A stretch of 64,000 bases of DNA from Magallana gigas (taxonomy: Eukaryota): positions 27,590,001-27,654,000 of the forward strand of contig NC_088856.1 of assembly GCF_963853765.1 (NCBI RefSeq), written 5' to 3'. The translations under genes and the position numbers were made by a program. The notes below the pieces were generated by a model. It ran no database searches. It was not told the origin of the DNA and saw nothing but the letters and a program-made list of their open reading frames with translations. Numbering within the stretch: position 1 is the stretch's first letter; every line of letters begins with the position of its first letter. Positions 26,601 to 38,600 of the stretch are shown piece after piece.

Positions 26601-28284
26601 AAAGACGAATATTGTAACATTTAATTGAAAAATTTTTGAGAAAACGAATGCCGCGTGATTTTTGTTTAACATTGAAACTCCCATAGACAAATTTCATCGA
26701 CCTATAAAACGGGAAGTAGTCAACCTATCTTAATGAAACTCGGAATGTATGTTAATTACTTCTATCCATAAAGTGTCAGGAATCATATAAAATGTTAATG
26801 GTCATTTGAATGTTTTTGTTTTTTCATCCCACCTTTTCTAAAGATTTGGGGTCTATATCTCGAAAACGGTCAGATATAGATAGTAGTCAACGCTTACGAT
26901 TTTGTACAGATAATCAAGAATCATCTTATTCTTATATTTGAACGTTCAAACTTAAAATATAAACAAAATATGGCGTTTTCTTTAATTTTTATAATTGTCC
27001 CTGTAGGTTCCGGAATACCGGAATCGGAAATCCAAAACCTTACATTCCATAGTTTGAAATGTTGGCTGTATAACTGTTGCATAATTGAATTAATAAATCT
27101 TACAGCATCTAAAAATTCGCTGTCAGAAAACTGTCTAGTATAATAATAAAAAAGACAAAACAATAGGTCTTTTCGACCAAAAGTCGAAAAGCCCTAACTA
27201 GAACTTGTTTTGTCTTCAACAATAAGGGCTTTTCGACATCCCATTTTCCCCTTTTTTATGTCAAAAAAATTTCATCTCTAATCTATTTCCCAAATTTCTG
27301 AACACCTTGGTATAAACAGTTGCATATATAAAATATATTTTTAAAATCGGACAAAAAGAAAAGTTACAGCTAAAAAATTGTAACTTTTTTAGATTTAGTT
27401 TTAAATGTTGGCCCCTGTAGACCCCTTATTTTTTTCAAATTGTCTACCAAAAACCTTTTCCGGTCTGCGGACTGTGTGTGTCATTATATAGGTGAAATAT
27501 TGTAACACTTAACTGAAAACTTTTTGAGAAAACGAATGACACGTGATTTTTGTTTAACATGGAAATTCCCATAGACGATTTTTATTGACCTATTAAACCG
27601 GAAGCATTCAACATTTTTAGGAGTCAAAATGTGACCCCTCTGACTATACTTTTTAAGTTGTGCTCTCTACTTTAAACTATAAACTGAAAAAGTTTTAAAT
27701 AATAATCGGATAAAAAATAAAAAAGTTTCAGCTAAATGGCTGTTTAGGACGTTGGCCCCTGCAGACCCCTTATTTTTTTAAATTGTCTACCCAAAACTGT
27801 TACCAGTCAGCGGACTGTGTGTGTGTCATTATATAGATGAAATATTGTAACATTTAGTTGAAAACTTTTTGAGAAAACGAATGCCGCGTGATTTTTGTTT
27901 AATATTGAAACTCCCATAGACAAATTTCATCGACCTATAACACCGGAAGTAGTCAATATATCTTAATGAAACTCGGAATGTATGTTAAATACTTCTATCC
28001 ATAAAGTGTCAGGAATCATATAAAATGTTAATGGTCATTTGAATGTTTTGTGTTTTCATCCCATCTTTTCTAAAGATTTGGGCTCTATATCTCGAAAACG
28101 GTCAGATATAGACGTCTAAAACCTTACATTCCATAGATTGAAAGGTTTGCTGTATGACTGTTGCATAATTAAATCAATATATCTGACAGCTTTTAAAAAA
28201 TCGCTGTCAGAAAACTGTTTGGTATAATAATAAAAAAAAGACGAAAACAATAGGTCTTTTCGACCGAAAGTCGAAAAGCCCTAA
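23636..28284 (+). mobile_element. Head-to-tail array of four ~1.1-1.2 kb non-autonomous Helentron/Helitron-like elements
   Basis: Units start ACTAGAAC at 23636, 24835, 26009 and 27197. Units 2-4 have 5' AAGGGCTTTTCGAC and end in the hairpin CTTTTCGAC-CGAAA-GTCGAAAAGCCCT (one copy slightly degenerate). Internal blocks are shared between units. The family call rests on structure only. Confidence 0.7.
24379..24612. repeat. Near-perfect 117-bp tandem duplication
   Basis: AATTTGTTTCATCCCCC...GAAAAGGTGCATCTAATTCC starts at 24379 and again at 24496. Confidence 0.9.
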
Positions 28285-29289
28285 ATAGTAAACAAAATAG
28301 CAAAAATGTGAAATAAGTTTATTAAGCAAATATATATAGTCATGATTAACTTGTTTTAGCCAATAGATATTTATTTGCAATTTTTAAGTATGTTTCTTCA
28401 ACAACAATTGTCACTCTCAAAAATGCATATCATGCATAACGAGGGTTGAAAACACAAATAGCTTCCTTTTTAAAGGACGAATAATTTTGGTTTAAATCGA
28501 AGAAACCCTAACAAATAACTTTCAAAGAGTAAGATTATGAAAATATTATCATGTAACATTGTGTTTATGACGGTATACAAACAAGTCTGTGGTATGGGTC
28601 TCCGATGCAGGCATAATCGCAGAGATTTAAAAGAGCGCCTGCTTACTGAAATGTCGGCAGACATACAGTTTATGATTTGAAAGATTAAATTATAATTATA
28701 TGTTCATTTTTTTTTTATTTAATGCGACCATTTTTTATAAATGTTTCATGTGTGTTCGCCAGCAATTTTACGATGAGTACAGAATAAATGTAACAGATGA
28801 TTCACGTTCAATTGACTTTCAGGTAGAAACAACGCAAATTTTTTTCTCTCACAAAAACTCAGAAATGAAGGGAACATGTACATTTTGGCTTCATATAAAG
28901 AAAAAAAAGATGAGAAATAAAGAATAATGTCATGTGTTTAGTGCGTTTGTAAGGTGCTGAAAACATAGGATCGATGGTACACTTTAAAATGACAGTTTTT
29001 CCGGGTCACTGCACAAAGGCAAGTTTGTCAGTTTGTTTTACAAGGAGTGATAAAATGATGATATGGACTAAAAAACTATTCGATGATTAAACTGTATCCT
29101 GGGTTATTTCTGGCGATTTTTCAAGTGGTTCATTGTCTCGTTTTGTAACGGAATATGAGTATATGTCTCTATAATTTCCGGAGAGCACTCGTATATATGG
29201 AACACAATTATAAACCATGGTATACTTTGAAAATGGCATAGATGAATGAAGAAGAAAACGTTCAACGACCACTGAACTCGGGATACATA

Positions 29290-30111
29290 ATGAACAGTAA
29301 CACAACGTATGGATATTTTCATACATGGAGTGATTGTACATCATGTGAGTATGAATGTGTGTGGTGGGTGTGTCTTAAAAAAGTATTTTTATATTAATAA
29401 AACGCATGCTTTAAACTATTATACACACATTAAAAATGTCAAGCGTTTAACAGCATTATGTTTACGCAAAATATCATTAAAGTTTATTCGTTTTGTTGTT
29501 TGTGTGTACGTTTAATTTGACTGTGTAAATGTCCGTATAATGCAAATAAATACAGTTTGACGTAACCAAGCATAAAAAAACAACAGGCAATCGTGTCTGA
29601 CAATTGTATTTAGATATTTTTTTTTAGTTCTTAATGATTTCAATAGAAGTTTTCCTGCATAGAAAGAACCTTTAAATTTAGAAACTCTAACACCTGATGC
29701 AAAAAGCATTAGCTAAAGAATACCGTAACATCATTTGTTAATCGTATTAATTATTCATAATGAGTACATGCTTTGACAGAATTCGATCATCTTTGCATTA
29801 TGAATTTGCTTAAAAATACAAAATAGGCTTTGATATGTAACCCTCATTATATCTGTAATAGTGTTCTTTAAGTTATGTTTTTATTGGTACACATGTAGCC
29901 ACCTCTGAATCAGGCCTAGGATTGTTTGCCATCATTTTGATATCAGCTGTTGCGACATGTGTTTGTCCTTGCTTCTGCTTCTGTTGTTACAAAAGGTAAG
30001 ACATTTTTCCTTCGGATAAAATATGGTAAAATGACATTAAACAGATTAAGTCTTTTAGAAGGAAGCGTACAAATATCTGTGTATTATTAAAGTAAACAAA
30101 GGTTTCCCAAG

Positions 30112-30171
<60 letters not shown>

Positions 30172-30522
30172 TTATTTATATTTATATATATTCTCCGTAT
30201 TTTTTTTCTAACTATTGCTGTTTTATCAAGGGGCTTTAGACAGGGTTTCAAATCAATTCTAAAGAATGTTCAGCAAGAAGAGGAGGCTCAGTACCAAGGT
30301 CAAAATACTAGTAATGAGATTTCTGCCGAACACCACGATTACGAAAAACCTCGCCCACCGACCAATGAAACTTCACAGAACCATGAATTAGAATTATCAG
30401 CGTATGAGGAGGTCAAGGGAAACCAAATTGAAGAGTGTCAGTATCAGAGAATTGATGAAGGTGTGTATTTAACACCGGTCTCTCAACAACACCCTCTTCC
30501 GTCTGTTGGAGCTGGGAATTAA
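29290..30522 (+). CDS. Gene A4: intact family member (147 aa; 163 aa if the upstream in-frame ATG at 29242 is used)
   Basis: Exon 29290-29344 (MNSNTTYGYFHTWSDCTS, GTGAGT, phase 1). Exon 29899-29995 (TSESGLGLFAIILISAVATCVCPCFCFCCYK, GTAAG, phase 2). Exon 30231-30522 (GFRQ...HDYEKP...SAYEEV...QYQRI...GVYLTPV...GAGN*). Canonical GT-AG sites and an open spliced frame. Confidence 0.85.
30116..30190. repeat. (TA)n microsatellite in intron 2 of A4
   Basis: Pure TA run followed by TTTA units. Confidence 0.98.
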
Positions 30523-32304
30523 GAGTGTGCGTATACATAGGCTACGGGTCCACTATACACATGGAAAACAACATAAAGCTGTTTGGGGTTTTTTTGGCAA
30601 TGATTAACATTCTGTCACATTGTTGTTGCATGATGTTTCGCAAGAAACGAAATCAAGAAAAGATTAGTTACATTTCATTTACAAATTATTGAAAAAACCA
30701 GATATATACACAAATACTTAATCCAGAGTATATGGAACGCTGGAAAATGTAATTTTTTGAAAAGTCTTAAATAGTTCTATTGTTGTTGCTTAGTGCATTG
30801 AACATGTGTAAAATGTATTTATTGGTACAAATTGAAGTAGCTTATAAAAGGTCAATTTTATCAAAATTATCAAAACATGTAAAATGTGAGTCTTTGCATG
30901 TCATTATTTGCGTTTACGTTTATACCCGTCTTAAAATGTTGTAGACGACGGCTGTTCGTATAATTTGAGACTCCTTTTAAATCGAAGTCATTGATTGAAA
31001 ATTTGTATACATTCATGTATTTGACAAGAAATATAATGTAAGTATTATTTCAAATTATTAACTAGTTTGTATATAACGGTGCGTAAACACGGAGAAGGTT
31101 TGGGATACCCTGCGCAGACGTCTACACAGAAAATAGAAAGAACTATGTGCGTCATTATGCATTTTTTGATTTGTATAAAATGATACCTCAAACTTTTCGA
31201 AACCACAATTTTAATTCGAATGAAAATTTCAATTATATTTCGTTGAATTACGAAATATATATTATTACTTACGACATAATATATGCGGGACATCACCGTG
31301 TCATGAATTTACGTCTATTTTTCAGGTTTTTTTCCGAATAAATTCCAAATCTTTAAAAAGCCCCAATCAACACAGTATTTTAAAACATATATTAAATAGA
31401 AAATTTCTAAGTGTTTAAAAAATGGGGAACGTCACCGTCTATTTCGGATAACCACGCGATATACTTTTTTTCTTGACTAAGTAGTAAAAATGCCGGACAT
31501 GCAAATTGTAATACGATACATTATATGCTTCGATAGAAATCACTAGAGAATGTTATGGAATTGATATATCAACCTTAAAAAGAAATCAAGTGAAAGAGGA
31601 TACCCTTAACGTGGTTCCATTATTGTTCAAACATATTTTAATAAATAAATAAGTCGTACGACATACCGTTGGAAGAAAAACTAAAGCTACTGACCAAAAG
31701 AGTAATTAAATAACAAAATAAAAATGTGAATAGAGCACCGTGGTTAATCTTTTGTAAAAGACTAAATAATAAAGTTCTATCAGAACGCCAAGGGTCAAGA
31801 AATGACGTCGTTAACGTGCGATGACTATCCTTACCTTACGGTCAATAAAATAGATTAACTTCAGAGGTAATTATAATAAAGCAAATTTTCAGATATGAAT
31901 TAAAATTGGTGTATATCTCAAAGCACGAAATTTTTTCACAATTATATCATATCTGTGACATTTTATTTTATATCAAGCCTTGAATTTCAAAAGAAACATC
32001 ATTAAATATGAAGTCAGACTGTTTTTTAAATTGCAAGATGAATTGCGTTTTAATTGTTTTAGTTACATGTAGGTATCTCTTTTGTTTTAGATGACTGTGT
32101 TATTGTTATTTTCTGTCCAGTATCGAGTGTTTATGTAACCAAACACACGACAAGACACACGACAAGTACGTTGTTGACAAATATGAATCCGTGATCTCTA
32201 CATTTTGTTTTAAACCTGACAATTTACATTTTAAGTTTGATTGACAATTAGAATAAGCTTATCTAAGCACAGTACCCATTTTAATAGAAAGACAAATGAA
32301 AAGC

Positions 32305-33014
32305 TGTCAATGTGACAGCAAACCAAGTTTTCTTTTATGTAAACTATATATATAATCTATGTCAACCCTGGATTGATAAACACTACCAACCTATCCAGTG
32401 ATATGGATTACCTTATATGCAATATTTTGCCAAAAAATGACTAAGTTCAAAGGCTGGTATTATTTTCATTAATCATCATAAATCAAAATTCTAACAATAC
32501 GCACACCTCTGATATATGTACAATTGATCTCCAAAAGAACAACTTTCCATCTTGAAAACTGTAGGAGGAGTTATCCGTACAATAAGGTACCCTATATGCA
32601 ATATTTTGTCAAAAAGTTCAAAAAGCTGGTATTTTTTCATCAATTATTAGAAATCAAAATCCGAGCAATATGCACACCTCTAATATGTGTGCAATTGATC
32701 TGAAAATGAACAACTTCCTATCTTGAAAATTGTAGATGAAGTTTATCGTACAATGAGGGTACCCTATATGCAATATTTTGCCAAAAACTGACTAAGTTAT
32801 AAAAGCTGATATTTTTTTCATTAATCATCATAAATCAAAATCCTAGCAATATGCACACCTCTGATATATGTACAATTGATCTGCAAATGATCAACTTCAT
32901 ATCTTAAAACTGTAGGAGGAGTTATCCGTACAATGAGGGTACCATATTGGCAGCCGCCGCCCGCCATTTTCTTCATTTTAATAATCGGATTTTTCGGTTG
33001 GAAAACCCGGTTAA
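32305..33014 (+). mobile_element. Helentron-associated non-autonomous element with internal ~175-bp tandem array
   Basis: Absent from the paralogous site at ~21485. It has a 5' GCTGTCAATGTGACAGC hairpin and AACCAAGTTTTC, and a 3' GAAAACCCGGTT partner. Three repeats start ATATGCAATATTTTG at 32415, 32594 and 32766. Confidence 0.75.
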
Positions 33015-34946
33015 TGAACTGAAATCAATAGCAAGGACGCTAGCTAGTAGGAAGTAAGTGTTCCCTTTGAAAAAGGTCGTTTTTGAAAAGGATATAATGT
33101 GCATATCTGGTCGCTTTTTGTAGAATTTGAAAATTATAGTCTTAATTATCTCCTATCATTTTCCGCTTTATAAAAATAGCGCAATAAAATTGACTAGGTG
33201 TTGAAACTAATTAATTTTAAAAATATAATTACTAAATTTTGATTTTATAAAAGGCATGAACGCAAGGAATTTCCCTATGGCGAACAAACTATTTTAGAAG
33301 TTAACAGTATCACAAGACATAGATACACATATCGAGGAAGAATTTGGTATTTATTTATTTTTTATTTTATTTTTTTTTTATTTTGGGCGGGGAGAGGAGT
33401 GGTTTGGATGTTTGAATTGTTTATTTTCAGGATACAACTCTGCATAACTCGATAAAAAAAAAATGTCATAAATAGAAGACCCCTCTTACTTCTTTTCTTG
33501 TTGTCGGAGGAACTATACAGAATTTTAAAAACTTAATGAACAGCACGAGTTTGAATTTACCAGAGCTTTTGATTGACATCAAGAATATAATCTGTCTTCT
33601 TAATTTAGGGACTCTAGCATGGGTCTTTATTCTTACATCCACAGCTTTATTGCTGTGTAAACAAGAGTCTGACCATTCAAACGAAGTCAGTGGCCCAATA
33701 CCTAGATCATGGTTCGTTATCGTGATTCAAGGTTAAATTCTTATTTCGCATTCTGAAAATCTGACGGAAGACAGCTTCGTTGCTTGTAGCGAGATTGCGT
33801 CTATATCAATGTATGTTTATTTCTACAACTCTTGTCACTCTCAAAAATGTATATTATTTATAAATATAGAAAACAATTATGAACTATTGAATAATTTGAT
33901 AATGGCATTCCCTGAGTATGAGTTTTAGAAAGGTTTTTCAACCTACCAACTCACGAAAAATAATACGTAATCAAATTCATGGTGTGAATGCAATATAAGT
34001 ATGTAGATATAACATCATATATATATATATATATATATATCATAAACAAGGACACAACAATGTTTTCAAAGTGAACATATCAATCTCAAAATAATTTTAA
34101 AAATAGAGAATGACATGCGTTTAATTACATTTATGTTACACTGCGCATCTGGAATGGGTTGACTGAACAAATTCTTATGTGTTTCATTGGATCTCTAATT
34201 TCTTATTTTATTATCCAATAGTAAACGTTTCTTTTAACTACAAATGTACCGCGTTTAACTTAGGTAATTTAGAGCAGTCATACGTTTTAAATTCGAGTAT
34301 CCTGAAGTCATCATATGCATCATACGGTATATAAATTTTATATTTGATTATGTGTTTCATTGCCAATTTAAGGTTTGATAATGTCAACAATTAATTTGAT
34401 TGCAAGTTTTATACTTCATAAAAAGATTGTTTTTTATATTAGTAATTTTTGTAATGTGTAATTTAAATAAAATTTAATTGCAAAACTTATCTATAATAAA
34501 GTAATGAAAGCGTACATGCGTAAAAGTAAACTGTAGGTAAATAACGCAGCGTATTTTTATTTGTGTTGTGGTTAGAATTTTGTATTTTTGAATGAATTAT
34601 AATATTACGTGTCTATAATTCTAGGTCAATGCCTTTTTATCCAACGTAATATTGAAAGAAACCATAAACATCCTCCTTTTTGCTCGGTTACAACATTCTC
34701 TTTAAAATTTTTGCTTGGTTACAACTGCGAGCATCAATTTAATTAACTGCCGCATCATGATTGTGAGCTTTTCATGTGTTTTGGTTACTTTCTTTTAAGA
34801 GAACTCCCCCCAATGCATTATAGTTTTGCTTACAAATATAAAGTAAGATTTGAAATGTGAATTGCATAATGCAATTGTTCTGTGTTCCTCACTTCATATA
34901 ATTATATTTTAGGTGCCCTTCTATTTTTCAGCAGTTTCTGAGAAAA

Positions 34947-35687
34947 ATGGAATTAATACCATTGATAGTATTTTTCATAGTAATTGTTGTGATACTTATC
35001 GTGGGTACATGTTGCTGCTTCTATTGTTATGAAAGGTAAGAAATTATTACTTTAAAATATTTGATACATGAAGTCTCTTGCAGAGACAACTATGTGTTCT
35101 CCGTGTTAATCGGTTGCGATTTAAACATAAATTTTATTCCCTTTTTCTAAGCTTAAGCTAAAAGAAACAAAACCTCAAATGTTATGGTCACTGCATTATA
35201 TTGAATGCATATTTAACAATGAATTTATTACTTAGTTAGTAGTAATACACGTCGGTCATGAGGTTTAGGTGTGCAATCAAGGGTAACGAAACAAAAAGGT
35301 TTATAAACCCGTTTTGGGGTGTCTATTATTGAGTCACGTTAAACATAAAGCAATGAAATAAATGTTTTCCTTGTTAATTCAGCAAGAACATTGATATAAA
35401 CAATATACAAATTGCATTCGCAAGGTTTAGTATGAAATAAAATACTATATTTTTAGGGTTTTTTTTTTTATTTAAGTGCCTGTCTTTGAAATGTATACCG
35501 TTACAGGTATTATCTATTTTTATTTAATATATAATTGATTCGTTTTTTATGAAGAGGGCTTAGACAGGCTAAAAAATTTAACCAAGAGAATTTTCGCCTA
35601 CAAGAAACAATCCATTGCCGATGTCAAAATATTGTAACTGACAAAGAACACAGTTATGAAATACCCTGCCCACCAACTTGTAGTTAA
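34947..35687 (+). CDS. Gene B3: short-tailed family member (74 aa from the TM-exon ATG)
   Basis: Exon 34947-35035 (MELIPLIVFFIVIVVILIVGTCCCFYCYE, GTAAG, phase 2) plus exon 35555-35687 (RGLRQAKKFNQENFRLQETIHCRCQNIVTDKEHSYEIPCPPTCS*). The tail aligns to the A-type tail up to HAYEKP. No upstream exon was identified. Confidence 0.7.
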
Positions 35688-38600
35688 TATATAGACCTTT
35701 GCTTGTATTGTTATTTTTCACTTTCAGAAAAGTAGGTCAATGACCTACTTTTTGAGTTAATGGCCTTTGAATATTTATTGAAAATTCAAGAAAAATCCCA
35801 TAAAATTTTACACTACGATTGAAATTTTCTTAACTATAAAAGTATTACAAATAATTAAACACTTTAAAAAAAAAATACAGTTTACGAATGGTAGTGGCAC
35901 TAAATAAGTACACAACATTAAGATTTCAGCATCAATTTTTAAAAATAATTCAATCCGAATTTCCTCTATCAGTTTTGAAAGCCCTACCCATTTTTTATTC
36001 AATTTTACAAAAAATTGAATGATGATAATACAAAAACATTTATGATATTGAACTACTTATATTGACCTTATTCTGTTGGCATAAAATTTATATGAGGTCA
36101 ATGATCAAAATCTTGAGATATGATGTATTTTATCGTTTTTAAGCATTTTTCAATATTATTATTATTCGTGCCATAAGATTATTTTAATGAATAAGTGAGG
36201 TAAAACCAACGGAAAATATGCAAAATTACGTAGACTTAAATATAAAATCATAACTTTTAATATTAGACAACTGCCAAAAAACTTTTAGCAGAAAACAAAA
36301 TCTGCAAAATTTAGTCCGAATTTCCTCTGTTTGGCTAAAACTCAATTTTTGTTTGAGCATAATTCCAAAATGAAGTAAAACTATTGAATGTTTTGTCAAT
36401 AATAATTCATTTCATAAACACTTTTTGTGTTTAGAACAAATTTTATTCATTACATTGAACTTTTTAACAATCGGAATTTGAGAACTCAAACCCTGAGTAA
36501 ATAACACCCTTAATAAACAAAGAAGTTTTCACTAGATTTATACAATTTTGACACTTTAAGCTTCAGAGTTCGTGGTATATATATTGAGAAGGTCAATAGT
36601 CATAAAGTACATTGTAAAAGATCCAAACATCTCTATTTTAACAAATAGCATCTAGCATAAAAAGCATCATAAGGTGGGAGGGTATGGTTACTTATAATGT
36701 CGGAAAAACTTTTGAAATTAAAGTTATTTTTCTTAGATTGTGTTGTGTCAAGAGACTTTCATTTCAGAATTGAAAAAAAATTTGTTGCATATTAAAGCCA
36801 TTTCTTCCCCTCTAATCTTCATACAAAGCATTAACAATATATTCGCTATCATTATTTTTTTGAAAGTTCTTTTGATCGACTTATTGGAAAATGAATTGAT
36901 TTTACATAATAATGATTTAAATTCTGTTTACTGTCCTAAATTATAAAATACATGATGGAAACAATGATTTGTCCATGTATCCCATATTCGAGGTAATCAC
37001 CGCTTAGTAGGTTGATGGTCTGTATATGGAGGTTTTCTTGAGAATGTCTTTCAGATATTGTTCTTCTAGTACTGGTCTTGTAGGAGGCTGATACTCCATT
37101 CAATTACTAAGATGTCTCCGAGAAGCTATGATGTAGATACGTGAATAACACCAGGACACTACCAGAAAGACTTAGTACTGTTAATTGTTCAAATACATAC
37201 TTATGTCACAAGGTGGACACCATACTAACACATGGCATATACACAAACACTTCATGTGTCAATGATAGACATTTTACTTACTCGTAGCTTCTGTTACGCA
37301 TTACATACATGATATACTTGCGTTACTTTACACGTGGATACACACTTACTCACACTTTACTAACATGAGACCAACGGAACATATGTTATTCATACACATA
37401 AAAACATTAACGGACCACCATAAATAAGACTGCTAAATATAGATAAACAGCTGGTATAGATTTGTAATGATAAAAGTGAATAGTTTTAACTTAAAGTTGA
37501 AATTACTGAGAAACTTCGTAACTAGATGTTTGAAGAAATTAACTGCATTTGTGAAACAATAACATTAAAACCACAATGAATATATGACGAAAATAAGGCT
37601 TACCCCAGAGAAGCTGGACCATAGGCATAATAAATAAAGAGTGCTTTAAGCAAAATAAAAAATGTGCCAGGACCATGTATACAAGAGACGGGAGAAGTTT
37701 TGGTTGCGTTCTTTCCCGTGGACTGGCGTGTCCAAACCTTTGCACGGACTAGCTTTAATTTTAAAGGGCCAGTGAGTTGAGGCTCGGTACCGGTGAATTG
37801 TACAGATAACATTTGGATAAGGGGCTCACCACAGGATAAATACCAATATCATTAATTCAACTGAACTAATGTGTGGCTTTTATGTGACAGCAAATTTCTT
37901 AGACCAATATTACATAACTTTAATATATTCCTATTCATGAAGATTTGAACTAGCGCCATAAGATCATTCTATGATTTAAAAAGTACGTATATCTCTTGAT
38001 ACGTTAAATGGAATTCCATTTCGAAATATGTGATATAAGGAAATCCATAAAAAGGGTCGCCTAGATACATTATCATTAGTTTTTGAATGTGTTACTACGG
38101 TGGCCACTTTATTGAATTTTATCTGTATTTTTTTCTATAAATTGTAATATAAAATCACTTTGCAGGAAGTTTTTAAGAATGTTCAGACGCTATTATGTAA
38201 CTTTTTGGACAATGAATCCACGTGTCATTATCAAATCAAACAGGAAGTAAATTTGTAGAGTTTTAAATATAGATGTTATTAAGTCGAAAATAACAGGAGA
38301 ATGCACCAAGTAAGAGAACATTTGTTATTCATTATTTTAACTATGCTTATATGAAACTATGATGTGTCTTAAATTGACTGTGGACAAAGATCATCAAGAA
38401 CTGTCATAAGATGTTTGCTTACGCGTCACGTAGATCACTATCATGCCAACCTAGAAGTAAAATTATTTTGAAAATTACGTAATTATTTTTTTTCTTGTAT
38501 CCTACATATTTTAATACAGTCAAGGATACTTGACCAAAGTTAGTATATAAACAAACATTTAAAATAGTTTTAATGTGTGTATTTTTGTTATTTTACAAAA

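Noticed and set aside
23636-28284. Regularly recurring hairpin repeats that might suggest a CRISPR array or terminators
   Set aside because: Spacing is ~1.1 kb with homologous, not unique, intervening sequence. The context is eukaryotic and no cas genes are present.
30361-30420. ITAM/ITIM call for the tails
   Set aside because: There is no YxxL/I-x6-8-YxxL/I pair. SAYEEV fits only the loose ITIM consensus and is not kept at Y-2 in A5.
37539-37812. Two overlapping minus-strand ORFs, one hydrophobic, near a GTAAG donor-like site
   Set aside because: No paralog in the window, no consistent exon chain and no family resemblance.
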